This document shows positions 16,859 through 25,833 of a stretch of DNA of 64,000 bases, piece after piece. Origin of the DNA: an uncultured Terracidiphilus sp. (GTDB lineage: Bacteria; Acidobacteriota; Terriglobia; Terriglobales; Acidobacteriaceae); contig CAYOYX010000006.1 of NCBI GenBank assembly GCA_964408275.1, positions 7,307 to 71,306 of the forward strand. The letters are read 5' to 3'. The notes beneath the pieces are model-generated. The model made no database searches, was not told the origin of the DNA, and worked only from the letters and a program-made list of their open reading frames with translations. Within the stretch, counting starts at the first letter, position 1. Every line of letters starts with the position of its first letter. The position numbers and the translations under genes were made by a program.

Positions 16859-17428
16859 ATGAATCGTAATCGTACCGCCTATGTAATCCTTGGAATGCTC
16901 TCCATCGAGCGGAATCTCTCCGGTTACGAGATTCACAAGGCTATCGAAGAGAACTTCGGAAGCTTCTGGGGCGAGAGTTACGGTCAAATCTACCCCACTT
17001 TAAAGCGGCTGGCCGCTGAGGGACTGATTGAACCGTGCGAGCCATCCATTACGCCTAAAAAGCGGCGGCAGGAGTATGCGCTGACCGACGCGGGGCGCGC
17101 CTGCCTGCGGGAGTGGCTTGCCCAACCCTTCCACAATGATCCGCCGCGCAATGAATTCCTACTCAAGCTGTTTTTTGGCCGCGAGGCCGCGCCGGACGTC
17201 TCGCTCGCGCACGTCCGCGAACTACAACGGCGAAACCTGCAGATGCTGGCAACCCTGGAGGGGATAGAGAACATGGCAAATATGCACCAATCGCAAAATC
17301 CGAATCGGCCTTACTGGATGCTCACGCTGGGTCTGGGCCTGACGCTGACCCGTGCCGCGCTGGAGTGGGGCGAAAAGGCGCTGGCTGAGTTGGCTGCGAT
17401 GGAAAAGCGAGCCTCTACAACAAATTGA
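16859..17428 (+). CDS. PadR family transcriptional regulator
   Basis: PadR winged-helix N-terminus (YVILGMLSIERNLSGYEIHKAIE...GQIYPTLKRL) plus a C-terminal dimerisation region. Confidence 0.85.
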   Translation: MNRNRTAYVILGMLSIERNLSGYEIHKAIEENFGSFWGESYGQIYPTLKRLAAEGLIEPCEPSITPKKRRQEYALTDAGRACLREWLAQPFHNDPPRNEFLLKLFFGREAAPDVSLAHVRELQRRNLQMLATLEGIENMANMHQSQNPNRPYWMLTLGLGLTLTRAALEWGEKALAELAAMEKRASTTN

Positions 17429-17464
17429 AAGACCTCGTTCACAGCAATAAATGGAGAATCTACC

Positions 17465-18949
17465 ATGCAAACCACGATAAAATCCAGCCGCCTCTCAATG
17501 ATTGGAGCTTGGGCTGCCACCAGCCTGTTTGTCTCCGGCTTTTTCATCCATTTCATCAGGCTCTGGACCGGACCCATTCTCGGAGTCTGGTTCGTCGGTA
17601 CACAGCGGCCCCGGCGAGGGTTTCTCTGGATGATGGCATTCAGCGTCGTTCCCAGCCTGATCTTTGGCTGGCGCAAAATCCCGCTGACCGGGCGGCAACA
17701 GACGTTTGAATATCTTGGCTTGATGCTCATCGCTGCGGTGCTCAGCGTTCTACCCTACACCTTTCACCGGCTGGTCAGTCCGCGTTTGCCTGGATTCCTT
17801 TCGACGCTGCCCTTTCCGCTCATGGCGGCAGCAATTCCATCGCTTGCGTTAGCGCTGCACTCCAGCACGGCTCCGCAAATTGGCCTCGACGGATTTTTCA
17901 TTCTCTGGTTCGCAGCAACTGTCGTCTGGCTGTGGAACCGCGAATCTCGCGCCACTGGCATAGTTTTCGCGGCGGGCTTTATCGTTGCAGGCGCTATAGG
18001 AGTCTACCTCCACTACAGCGGAACCGCGCTACGTACCCCACAAGATTTGACCGCGATCTTCGGCTATCTATGCCTTTCAGCTTCTATCTTTCTTAGCGTT
18101 TGGACGCTCTTCCGCCCGCTCAAAACTAAATCCTGGGCCAGCAGACCGGATACCATCGCCCGCCTGCGAAGCTCATTCACGGGCGAACCGTTGCATATTG
18201 TCAATGAACAGGAGCATGAATCCTTGATCAGCAGTTCCGGTGAGCGCTTCCCGGTGCGCAATGGAATTCCATCCTTTGTCAATCCGGATGATCTGACTGG
18301 AGACAATGGCAAATACAACCATCTGTATGAGACAATCGGCGGTTTTTACGACGATACCCAGCGATTCGTCGCTGCTTTTCGTGGATTAGAAATCGACTCG
18401 TATTTTGAGAGCTATATGAATTTGCTTGAGGTGAAAGCAGGCGACTCAGTGCTCGAAACCTGCGTCGGCACCGGCCTCAACTTCAAATATCTGCCTCATG
18501 GAACAAAACTCTCAGGCCTTGATCTCTCGCCTGAAATGCTTATCAATTGCCAGAACAATTTGCGCCGCTGGAAGATGGAGGCTGACCTTTATCACGGCAA
18601 TGCCGAATCCCTGCCCTTCGCCGATGCGAGCTTCGATGTCGTGTACACAGCGGGCGGCTTCAACTTCTTCAGTGACCGCTCCAAGGCCATCCGAGAGATG
18701 ATCCGCGTAGCCAAGCCGGGCGGCCATCTGATGATCGAGGACGAAACCGAAGAGTATGTGAAGAGCACCTACGAGAAGATTCCATTTACCAGCAGTTTTT
18801 ATTCAAACCGCAAACAGTTAGTGACGGTGCCGATTGATCTGGTGCCGCCGGAGATGGAAGAGATTCATCTTGAAATGCTGAAGAAGGGTACGTTTTACGC
18901 GATCACCTTCCGCAAGCCGTCTGCGGTGGTGCAGAAACATTCGGCATAA
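17465..18949 (+). CDS. fusion protein: polytopic membrane domain + Trm112-like segment + class I SAM-dependent methyltransferase
   Basis: The N-terminal ~240 aa are hydrophobic (about 7 TM). Then FPVRNGIPSFV. Then SAM motif I VLETCVGTGLN and a UbiE/Methyltransf_11-like C-terminus. Confidence 0.8.
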   Translation: MQTTIKSSRLSMIGAWAATSLFVSGFFIHFIRLWTGPILGVWFVGTQRPRRGFLWMMAFSVVPSLIFGWRKIPLTGRQQTFEYLGLMLIAAVLSVLPYTFHRLVSPRLPGFLSTLPFPLMAAAIPSLALALHSSTAPQIGLDGFFILWFAATVVWLWNRESRATGIVFAAGFIVAGAIGVYLHYSGTALRTPQDLTAIFGYLCLSASIFLSVWTLFRPLKTKSWASRPDTIARLRSSFTGEPLHIVNEQEHESLISSSGERFPVRNGIPSFVNPDDLTGDNGKYNHLYETIGGFYDDTQRFVAAFRGLEIDSYFESYMNLLEVKAGDSVLETCVGTGLNFKYLPHGTKLSGLDLSPEMLINCQNNLRRWKMEADLYHGNAESLPFADASFDVVYTAGGFNFFSDRSKAIREMIRVAKPGGHLMIEDETEEYVKSTYEKIPFTSSFYSNRKQLVTVPIDLVPPEMEEIHLEMLKKGTFYAITFRKPSAVVQKHSA

Positions 18950-18992
18950 AATACTCAAGCGTTGCGGCGGCTAATCGCTGAAGATGGCCGAT

Positions 18993-21554
18993 TTATTCCT
19001 CGCGCAGGACTTCCAGCGGACGCAGGCCGAGGATGCGGTAGCTGGCGATCCAGCCTGTGGCCGTGGCGAGAAGGGCCGTGCCAATAAGAGCGACGAGAGT
19101 GGCGCGAATGTCGAGTTGGAAGCCGACTTCGAGCTTGCGCAGGAGGATGCGCGTGAGGACGTTGGCGAAGATGACGCCGACGGAGCCGGCCAGCAGACCG
19201 AGGAAGCTGAATTCAACGCTGAAGGTGCGGACGATTCTCATGCGCGTTGCGCCGAGGGTCTTGAGCACGACGGCCTCGCGCATCCGCCGGAAGCGCGTGC
19301 TGGCGATGCTGGAGGCGAGAATCATCAGACCCGCGAAGATGGAGAAGCCGGCGAGGAAGCGGACGACGAAGGTGATCTGATCGACGACGCTCTCGATGCG
19401 GGCAAGGACATCGGCGACATTGATGACGGTGACGGCGGGATAAGCGACGAAGAGAGCGCGCTCCATTGCGGCGACCTGGTGGGGATCGATGTGCGCACCG
19501 CCGTACCATGTGGCGGGCTGACCTTTGAGCTGGCCGGAGGGCAGGACGAACTCGATGCGCGCGCCGAGGTGGTTGCCATCGGCGCGATAGATGGCGGAGA
19601 CTTTGAGCGCGCGCTTGAGGCCGCCGGTTTCGAGTTCGACCGACGAGCCGATGCTGAGATGGAGGCGCTGAGCGACGCCTTCGGCGAGGGCGATCTCCGC
19701 TGTGTCGGCGCTGGTCCACCATTTACCCTGCGTGATTTTGTCGCCAGCGGGCGGCGCATCGGCCCAACTCAGGCTGGCGCGCTCCAGCATTCGGCGGGGA
19801 AAATGCTGCCCCTTGAGCTGATCGAGTGTCTGGCCGTTGATGGAGACAAAGCGGCCCTGCACGACCGGCATCAGCTCCAGTTTCTGAGAGACTCCGGGCT
19901 GATGCGCGAAGAAGTTGGTGACACCGGCGGCTTCATCGGTGGAGACATCAATAAGAAAAATGTTGGGCAGCTTGGGGGATGCGTTCTCGCGGAGATCGCG
20001 CAGCAGGGTTGCCTGCATCAGATAGACGGCGAGGATGAGCATGACGCCTGTGCCCAGCGCGGCCATCACCGCGGCGGATTGATTGCCGGGGCGATAGAGG
20101 TTGGAAAGGCCGTGCCGCAGGAAGGACGGCAGGCGCAGACGAACGCGATTGAGAAGGAAACGCAAGATGCGCAGCGACGCGAAAGCCTGAAGCAGCAGAA
20201 CGATCAAAGCAATTGTGAAGATGAGCGCGAAGGATGCGCCGACTTTGGCGGAGTCGGAGAGCGCCCAGGCGATAGCGCCCAGCGCGGCGATGACCGCTGC
20301 CGCGAGACCGAGTTGCAAGCGGCGCGCCCACCAAGCGGCGAGCCAGCCTCTGATTCCCTCCGGGCCTTGCTCGACCAACCTGCGCAGAACCAGCACCGGC
20401 CTGATATTGCGCACATCCAGCAGCGGCGGAAGACAGAAGAGCAGCGTGGTGAGCAGGCCGGTTCCCAGACCAGCGGCGACCGAGCGCCAGGGAAATTCGA
20501 GCTGCGCGTGAACCGGGAGCAGATGGCCGAAGACGGTAGGCAACGCGGCCATTACGCCAACGCCGGCGGCTACTCCGAGCAGACCTCCGGCCAAGCCAAG
20601 CGCCAGCGTTTGTAACAAAAATATCCGCAGCAAGTCGGTGGAGGTTGCGCCGACGGCCTTCAGGATGGCGAGCATATCCATGCGCTGCTCAAGATGGGCG
20701 TGCATGGCCATCGCCACGCCAATCGCGCCGAGGACCATAGCGACGAGGCAGATTAGGCTCAGGATTGCGGTGGCGTTGTCCAGGCCGCGACTCAGGCCCG
20801 GATTGCCCTCGCGAAAGTCCATCACCTGCGCGTCAGGCAGAGCCGACTCGACCTGCGTGCGCAGAGCCACGGGATCAGCTTGCGGCGGCAGCTTCATCAG
20901 CAGACGTTGGGTGGCGCGACTGCCGGGCACGACGAGCCCAGTGCGAGTGAGCGCGGCTTGCGAGATCATCACGCGCGGCCCCATCGTGGCCGCGGCTGAG
21001 AGGCGATCAGGTTCTTGACGGAGTATGGCGGCAATGCGGAAGTCTCTGCCGCCCAGGCGCAGCGTTTGGCCGACGCGGGCATTCAGACGAATAAGAAATT
21101 CTTCGGCGACAATTGCGGAGTCGCCGTCAAGAGCCTGCGCGAGACTCATCGAAGGTTCGAGTTCCGCCTTGCCGTAGAAGGGGTACGCAGCCGGGTCAAC
21201 GGCCTTGAGCGAAACCAGCAGCGGCACAGGGTCGGGCGGAGCGGAGGCCATCGAAACCGTCTCCGTGACCCAAGTGATTTGCAGATTGTTTTGCTGGGCA
21301 ATCGCGGCGATTTTGCTGGTCTCATCGGCGGTTGGCGGATGAAAGAGCCGCGCGCTGAGGTCGCCTGCCATCAGCGAACGCGCCTCCAAACTTAAAGTTC
21401 GACGGAAGCTGTCGCTGAAGCCGCGCACACCGACGAGAGCTGCGACGCCGACGGCCACCGAGAGCACCACGAAGCCGAATTTGCCCGGAGCGGAGCGCAG
21501 ATCGCGCCAGCCGATAGAGGCGGCCCGTTGCCAACTTAATGCGCGCTTAGCCAT
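18993..21554 (-). CDS. FtsX-like ABC transporter permease, YbbP type (two FtsX modules)
   Basis: About 850 aa with two 4-TM FtsX-like blocks. The preferred start is ATG 21554, which overlaps the upstream ATPase stop by 8 nt. The ORF-track start is 21599. Confidence 0.85.
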   Translation of the reverse strand: MAKRALSWQRAASIGWRDLRSAPGKFGFVVLSVAVGVAALVGVRGFSDSFRRTLSLEARSLMAGDLSARLFHPPTADETSKIAAIAQQNNLQITWVTETVSMASAPPDPVPLLVSLKAVDPAAYPFYGKAELEPSMSLAQALDGDSAIVAEEFLIRLNARVGQTLRLGGRDFRIAAILRQEPDRLSAAATMGPRVMISQAALTRTGLVVPGSRATQRLLMKLPPQADPVALRTQVESALPDAQVMDFREGNPGLSRGLDNATAILSLICLVAMVLGAIGVAMAMHAHLEQRMDMLAILKAVGATSTDLLRIFLLQTLALGLAGGLLGVAAGVGVMAALPTVFGHLLPVHAQLEFPWRSVAAGLGTGLLTTLLFCLPPLLDVRNIRPVLVLRRLVEQGPEGIRGWLAAWWARRLQLGLAAAVIAALGAIAWALSDSAKVGASFALIFTIALIVLLLQAFASLRILRFLLNRVRLRLPSFLRHGLSNLYRPGNQSAAVMAALGTGVMLILAVYLMQATLLRDLRENASPKLPNIFLIDVSTDEAAGVTNFFAHQPGVSQKLELMPVVQGRFVSINGQTLDQLKGQHFPRRMLERASLSWADAPPAGDKITQGKWWTSADTAEIALAEGVAQRLHLSIGSSVELETGGLKRALKVSAIYRADGNHLGARIEFVLPSGQLKGQPATWYGGAHIDPHQVAAMERALFVAYPAVTVINVADVLARIESVVDQITFVVRFLAGFSIFAGLMILASSIASTRFRRMREAVVLKTLGATRMRIVRTFSVEFSFLGLLAGSVGVIFANVLTRILLRKLEVGFQLDIRATLVALIGTALLATATGWIASYRILGLRPLEVLREE

Positions 21555-22275
21555 TTTGTTCCATTCGTGATGCGGTGTAGGGCAACGTGTCTTCGACAAT
21601 CAATCCGTCGCGCAGTACGATTTTGCGGTCGGCGCGGCAGGCTGCTTCGGGGTCGTGCGTGACGAGAACCAAAGTGGTTTTCATCTTACGATTGCGCTCC
21701 AGCAGAAGATCGAGCACCAGCTTTCCGTTGGCGGAGTCGAGATTACCGGTTGGCTCATCGGCCATCACGATAGGCGGCGCAACGACAAATGCGCGGGCCA
21801 GCGCCACACGCTGCTGCTCACCGCCGGAGAGTTGGACCGGGTAGTGATCCATGCGCTCTGCCAGTCCGATCTCGTCGAGCAGCCTGCGAGCCTGATCGAG
21901 GCCGCTGCCGTCGATGTTCAGTTCATAAGGAAGCAGGACGTTTTCAAGAGCCGTGAGCGTTTGAATCAACTGATAAGACTGGAAGACAAAGCCGATCTTG
22001 CTGCCGCGCACGGCGGCCAGGTCGGTCTCGGCAAGATTGTGAATCGGGAGGCCGTCGAGAATGATCTCGCCGGAGCTGGGCGAGTCGAGGCCGGCCATGA
22101 GGCCGAGCAGCGTGCTCTTGCCGCTGCCGCTGGCGCCGACGATGGCGACGAATTGACCAGCGGGGATGGTGAGCGTGATGCCTTTGAGAATCTCCACGCG
22201 CCGCGCGCCATTTTGAATCCATTTCTTCGCGTCCCGAAGCTCGATCACGCTGACTTCCTCCAAGTTTTCGTACAC
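21547..22275 (-). CDS. ABC transporter ATP-binding protein (YbbA/LolD-like)
   Basis: Walker A GASGSGKST, signature LSGGEQQR, Walker B VMADEPTGNLD. Confidence 0.92.
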   Translation of the reverse strand: MYENLEEVSVIELRDAKKWIQNGARRVEILKGITLTIPAGQFVAIVGASGSGKSTLLGLMAGLDSPSSGEIILDGLPIHNLAETDLAAVRGSKIGFVFQSYQLIQTLTALENVLLPYELNIDGSGLDQARRLLDEIGLAERMDHYPVQLSGGEQQRVALARAFVVAPPIVMADEPTGNLDSANGKLVLDLLLERNRKMKTTLVLVTHDPEAACRADRKIVLRDGLIVEDTLPYTASRMEQNG

Positions 22276-22282
22276 TATAACT

Positions 22283-22909
22283 ATGTACGTATGCCGCGCG
22301 CTGTTTGTTTCGTTGGGAGCGATTTTGCTCGCCCGCGCGCCGCTTCAGGCAGCGGAGCGCCCGCTTCTCGTCTGTTATGGAGACAGTATCACTGCAGGTT
22401 ACGGCTTGCAGGATGGCCAATCCTATCCCGACGCATTGCAACGCGATCTGGACAAGCGCGGCTACCACTACAAGGTCGTCAATCAGGGCACCAGCGGCGC
22501 TACGACCAAGGATGCCGTTGCTGAGTTGCGGGCAATTTTGCTGCTGCATCCGGCGGTAGTCATTGTTGAATTCGGAGGCAACGACGGCCTGCGCGGAGTG
22601 CCGCTGACCGAAACTCGGCGCAACCTGGACGCTGTTCTGACGGCCTTTGAAAACGCCCACATCAAAACACTGCTGGCGGGAATTACTCTGCCACCGAATT
22701 ACGGACGGGATTACATTGGGCAATTCGAGCAAATCTATCGCGAACTGTCGACCAAACATCACGTTGCTTTTGTGCCGATGATCTATAAGAACCTTGTCAA
22801 TGTGCCGGGGACGATTCAAGCTGACGGGATTCATCCCACTGCGAAAGGCTCGGAGATCATCGCGCGGACGCTGATGACGGCGCTGATGCCGTTGCTGCGG
22901 AAAAACTAG
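22283..22909 (+). CDS. tesA: SGNH/GDSL arylesterase-thioesterase (TesA-like), secreted
   Basis: Block I YGDSITAGYG, block III GGND, block V DGIHPT. Signal peptide. Divergent from the ybbA/ybbP-like pair, as in E. coli. Confidence 0.8.
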   Translation: MYVCRALFVSLGAILLARAPLQAAERPLLVCYGDSITAGYGLQDGQSYPDALQRDLDKRGYHYKVVNQGTSGATTKDAVAELRAILLLHPAVVIVEFGGNDGLRGVPLTETRRNLDAVLTAFENAHIKTLLAGITLPPNYGRDYIGQFEQIYRELSTKHHVAFVPMIYKNLVNVPGTIQADGIHPTAKGSEIIARTLMTALMPLLRKN

Positions 22910-23031
22910 TTGTCTGTTGTCAGTTGTCAGTTTCATCTTTGCTGAAACGAGCTTTTGTCTTCACAGGAAGATCGATGCAATGAGCGGCTTTGCGTCATAA
23001 CTGAAAACTGAGAACTGACAACTGAGAACTG
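22908..23031. repeat. inverted arrays of the CTGA(C/G)AA heptamer (family B-related) between convergent genes
   Basis: agttgtctgttgtcagttgtcagtt (22908..22932) and ctgaaaactgagaactgacaactgagaactg (23001..23031) lie in opposite orientation. Confidence 0.8.
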
Positions 23032-23033
23032 CT

Positions 23034-23912
23034 TTACTCCATCACAGCAACCGGCTGAAAGAGCGTTCCGGCAACGCGTTTTGCGATTCCGACGAGGTCG
23101 CGCTGGCCGGCGAAGACTTTGACAAGAGGCGCCGAGGAGAACTCCGGCAGGTTGGCTTGCGCACCGTTGCTCAGACGACCGAGAACGTGCTCATCGCCTG
23201 TAACTGCGGGCATCTCCGGCAGCAGGCTGCGCGGATGGATGCAGAGCGATTCCAGTGCTTCGAGGTCGCCGGCGAGCGGAACGAGTTCGTCGAGCGTGTG
23301 CGCATCGGCGAGCGTGAAGACTCCGGCTTGCGTGCGGCGCAGGCTGCTGAGGTGCGCACCGCAGCGTAAATCCTGGCCCAGCTCATGCGCCACCGAGCGG
23401 ACGTAACCTCCGGCGCTGATCGCCATGGTGAAGGCAGCTTCGGGGCCGTTGAGCGCGGTGATTTCAAAGCTGGCGATATGGACGCGCGCGGCTTTGAGTT
23501 CCACCGGCTTGCCTTCGCGGGCGAGCTTGTAGGCGGGCTTGCCGGCGATCTTCTTGGCGGAGTACGGCGGCGGCGTCTGCTGCATCTCGCCGTGGAAGCG
23601 GCTGGCGGCGGCGCGAATCTGTTCGAGGGTCAATGCCGGCATAGCATCGGGTCCGGCCGGCTCGCCTTCGGCGTCGTAGGTGTCGGTAGCAAAGCCAAAT
23701 CGAATCGTGCCGGTGTAGCTCTTTTCCGCCGAAGAGAAGTACTGCGCGAGGCGAGTGAATTTGCCGAGGAGCAAGGGGAGAACGCCGGTGGCCATGGGGT
23801 CGAGCGTGCCGAGATGGCCGATGGATTTTTCGCCGGTAATTTTGCGCAGGCGATAGACCACATCGTGGCTGGTCATGCCGGCGGGTTTGTCGATGATGAG
23901 AAGTCCGTTCAC
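23034..23912 (-). CDS. truB: tRNA pseudouridine(55) synthase
   Basis: HLGTLDPMATGVLPLL catalytic Asp motif. TruB-like throughout. Confidence 0.92.
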   Translation of the reverse strand: MNGLLIIDKPAGMTSHDVVYRLRKITGEKSIGHLGTLDPMATGVLPLLLGKFTRLAQYFSSAEKSYTGTIRFGFATDTYDAEGEPAGPDAMPALTLEQIRAAASRFHGEMQQTPPPYSAKKIAGKPAYKLAREGKPVELKAARVHIASFEITALNGPEAAFTMAISAGGYVRSVAHELGQDLRCGAHLSSLRRTQAGVFTLADAHTLDELVPLAGDLEALESLCIHPRSLLPEMPAVTGDEHVLGRLSNGAQANLPEFSSAPLVKVFAGQRDLVGIAKRVAGTLFQPVAVME

Positions 23913-23939
23913 TCCTACAACTTTAGCGGGTCGAGTCGG

Positions 23940-24569
23940 TTATTGTCCGCCCGCGCCTTGCTGGCGGACGAGCGAGAGGAACTCCAGGCGAGTTTCCTTC
24001 TGGCGGAAGCAGCCGAGCATCGCCGAGGTCACAGTGGACGAGTGCTGCTTCTCGATGCCGCGCATCATCATGCAGAGGTGACGTGCTTCGATGACGACGC
24101 CCACGCCCTGCGGCTCGATGGCTTCTTGTATTGCGTCGGCGATCTGCCGCGTGAGGCGCTCCTGAATCTGCAAACGGCGCGCAAATACATCAACTAATCG
24201 CGGTATCTTGCTAAGGCCTATTACTTTGCCTTTTGGAACGTAGGCGACGTGAACCTTGCCGAAAAACGGCAGCATATGGTGTTCGCAGAGCGAGAATACC
24301 TCGATGTCCTTGACGATGACCATCTCATCGTAGTCCTCGTCGAAGAGCGCGCCGCGCAGGATTTCCGCCGCGTTCTCGCTGTAGCCTTTGGTCAGGTAGG
24401 CCATCGACTTCGCCACGCGACCGGGCGTGGCCAGCAGGCCGTCGCGCGCGGGGTCTTCTCCCAGACGGCTGATAATCTCGCGCACAATCTCCTCGGTGCT
24501 ATAAGCGCTGAGGCTCTGATCTATTTCGGACTGGGAAATTTTTCTACTCAATGCAATCGGCTGTGCCAT
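23940..24569 (-). CDS. folE: GTP cyclohydrolase I
   Basis: [18 protein letters not shown] and QERLT motifs. The start is set at internal ATG 24569 (MAQPIAL...) rather than ORF-track 24665. Confidence 0.9.
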   Translation of the reverse strand: MAQPIALSRKISQSEIDQSLSAYSTEEIVREIISRLGEDPARDGLLATPGRVAKSMAYLTKGYSENAAEILRGALFDEDYDEMVIVKDIEVFSLCEHHMLPFFGKVHVAYVPKGKVIGLSKIPRLVDVFARRLQIQERLTRQIADAIQEAIEPQGVGVVIEARHLCMMMRGIEKQHSSTVTSAMLGCFRQKETRLEFLSLVRQQGAGGQ

Positions 24570-24707
24570 GATTTCTGTCCTTCCGCTCTGGGGATAATTG
24601 ATCCGGCCCAAAATAGTGTTGAGGTTCCCACCCATTCCGCAAAGAACGCGGAATGGATGGGGCACGGAGTATCAGAAGTTACGGGCCGGATCAATAGGGT
24701 GATTTCT

Positions 24708-25115
24708 TCATTCTCCTTCGCACTCAAAGAAATTGTTTTCCGTCTCTTCCACGCGCACTCTCTCCAGCTTACCGGCGGGGAGCGCATCCTTCAACAACGC
24801 GAAGACCACTCTACAGAGATTCTCCGTCGTGGGGACGCGATTCACAAAGAGCGGATCGAGGTTGAGGTTGGCGTGGTCAAAACGGCTAACGATCTGCGAG
24901 TGCACAAGTTCATCGAGAGCGGCCATGTTGATGACCATGCCGGTCTCCGGGTCAAGCTCACCGGCCACCAAAATTTCCACGATGTAGTTGTGGCCGTGGC
25001 CGTGTGGATTATTGCACTTTCCGTATGCGGCGAGATTCTCTTCCGGCGAAAGCGCGTCGGTATGCAGCCGGTGGCTGGCGGAGATCGAGTAGCGGCGGCC
25101 AAAGGAGACTTTCAT
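24708..25115 (-). CDS. 6-pyruvoyl-tetrahydropterin / 6-carboxy-tetrahydropterin synthase family protein (paralog 1)
   Basis: SASHRL, GKCNNPHGHGHNY, TTEN motifs. 135 aa. Confidence 0.85.
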   Translation of the reverse strand: MKVSFGRRYSISASHRLHTDALSPEENLAAYGKCNNPHGHGHNYIVEILVAGELDPETGMVINMAALDELVHSQIVSRFDHANLNLDPLFVNRVPTTENLCRVVFALLKDALPAGKLERVRVEETENNFFECEGE

Positions 25116-25528
25116 TGCTTACCTACATATTCGGCAAAAATCTCCGGCGTCTCGTAGACGCGCACCCGGCTCAAGCGCGCACTTGCCGATTGAATTGCGG
25201 GAGCGATGCGATTCCAGGCGGCGATGGCGATATTCTCGGTGGTGGGAATGGTTTGCGCGAACTCCGGCGCTTCGAGGTTGAGGTGACGATGGTCCCAGGC
25301 TTCGAGAACTTCGCGCTCGATAATGTCTTTCAGCCATTTAAGATCGACGACGAAGCCAGTCGTTGGATCCGGTTCGCCCGCAACAGTGACCTCCAGCGTG
25401 TAGTTGTGGCCGTGACCGTTGCGATTGGCGCAGCGGCCAAAGACCTGCTCATTCTTTTCGTCGGACCAGGACGGATTCCAGTAGTAGTGCGAAGCTGAGA
25501 AGGTAGCCCGCCGCGTGAGATAGATCAT
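25112..25528 (-). CDS. 6-pyruvoyl-tetrahydropterin / 6-carboxy-tetrahydropterin synthase family protein (paralog 2)
   Basis: FSASH, GRCANRNGHGHNY, TTEN motifs. 4-nt overlap with paralog 1. The start is set at internal ATG 25528. Confidence 0.85.
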   Translation of the reverse strand: MIYLTRRATFSASHYYWNPSWSDEKNEQVFGRCANRNGHGHNYTLEVTVAGEPDPTTGFVVDLKWLKDIIEREVLEAWDHRHLNLEAPEFAQTIPTTENIAIAAWNRIAPAIQSASARLSRVRVYETPEIFAEYVGKQ

Positions 25529-25833
25529 TCCAGCTCCCTTACTTAGAAGATGCTTGAGCGCGTGCATAGGCTTCATGCAGTCTGTTTAATTGGCGAAGAA
25601 ACCATAACTATAACGATAGCTTAAGCTAGACAGTTTGGTGTAGAGTCATAGAGATTGCGCGCGCGGCAATGCGGTGCATTCGGCAACGGTCGGTAGAAGC
25701 AAATGCCTCCTTTCAACTGAGAAGAATGGAAGGCCTATTGCGATGAAGGACGTTGGTGAACCTCTTCCCTGACTATTCCGCATAGAAAACTTTCCTGGCT
25801 CCGTCGAACTGTGCACGCGTCTACAATAAACAA

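Noticed and set aside
18984-20615. 543-aa plus-strand ORF, plus several 100-170-aa ORFs (19213..19759, 19948..20334), within the ybbP-like gene
   Set aside because: These are antisense or alternative frames of a long FtsX-type permease ORF. They are Arg/Gly/Asp-rich low-complexity sequence with no motifs.
21944-22936. 330-aa minus-strand ORF spanning the ybbA 5' end and the tesA-like gene
   Set aside because: It is out of frame with ybbA and antisense to an esterase that has all SGNH blocks. Arg/Gln-rich shadow frame.
24570-24665. 32-codon N-terminal extension of folE
   Set aside because: The extension is not FolE-like. ATG 24569 gives a normal-length protein.
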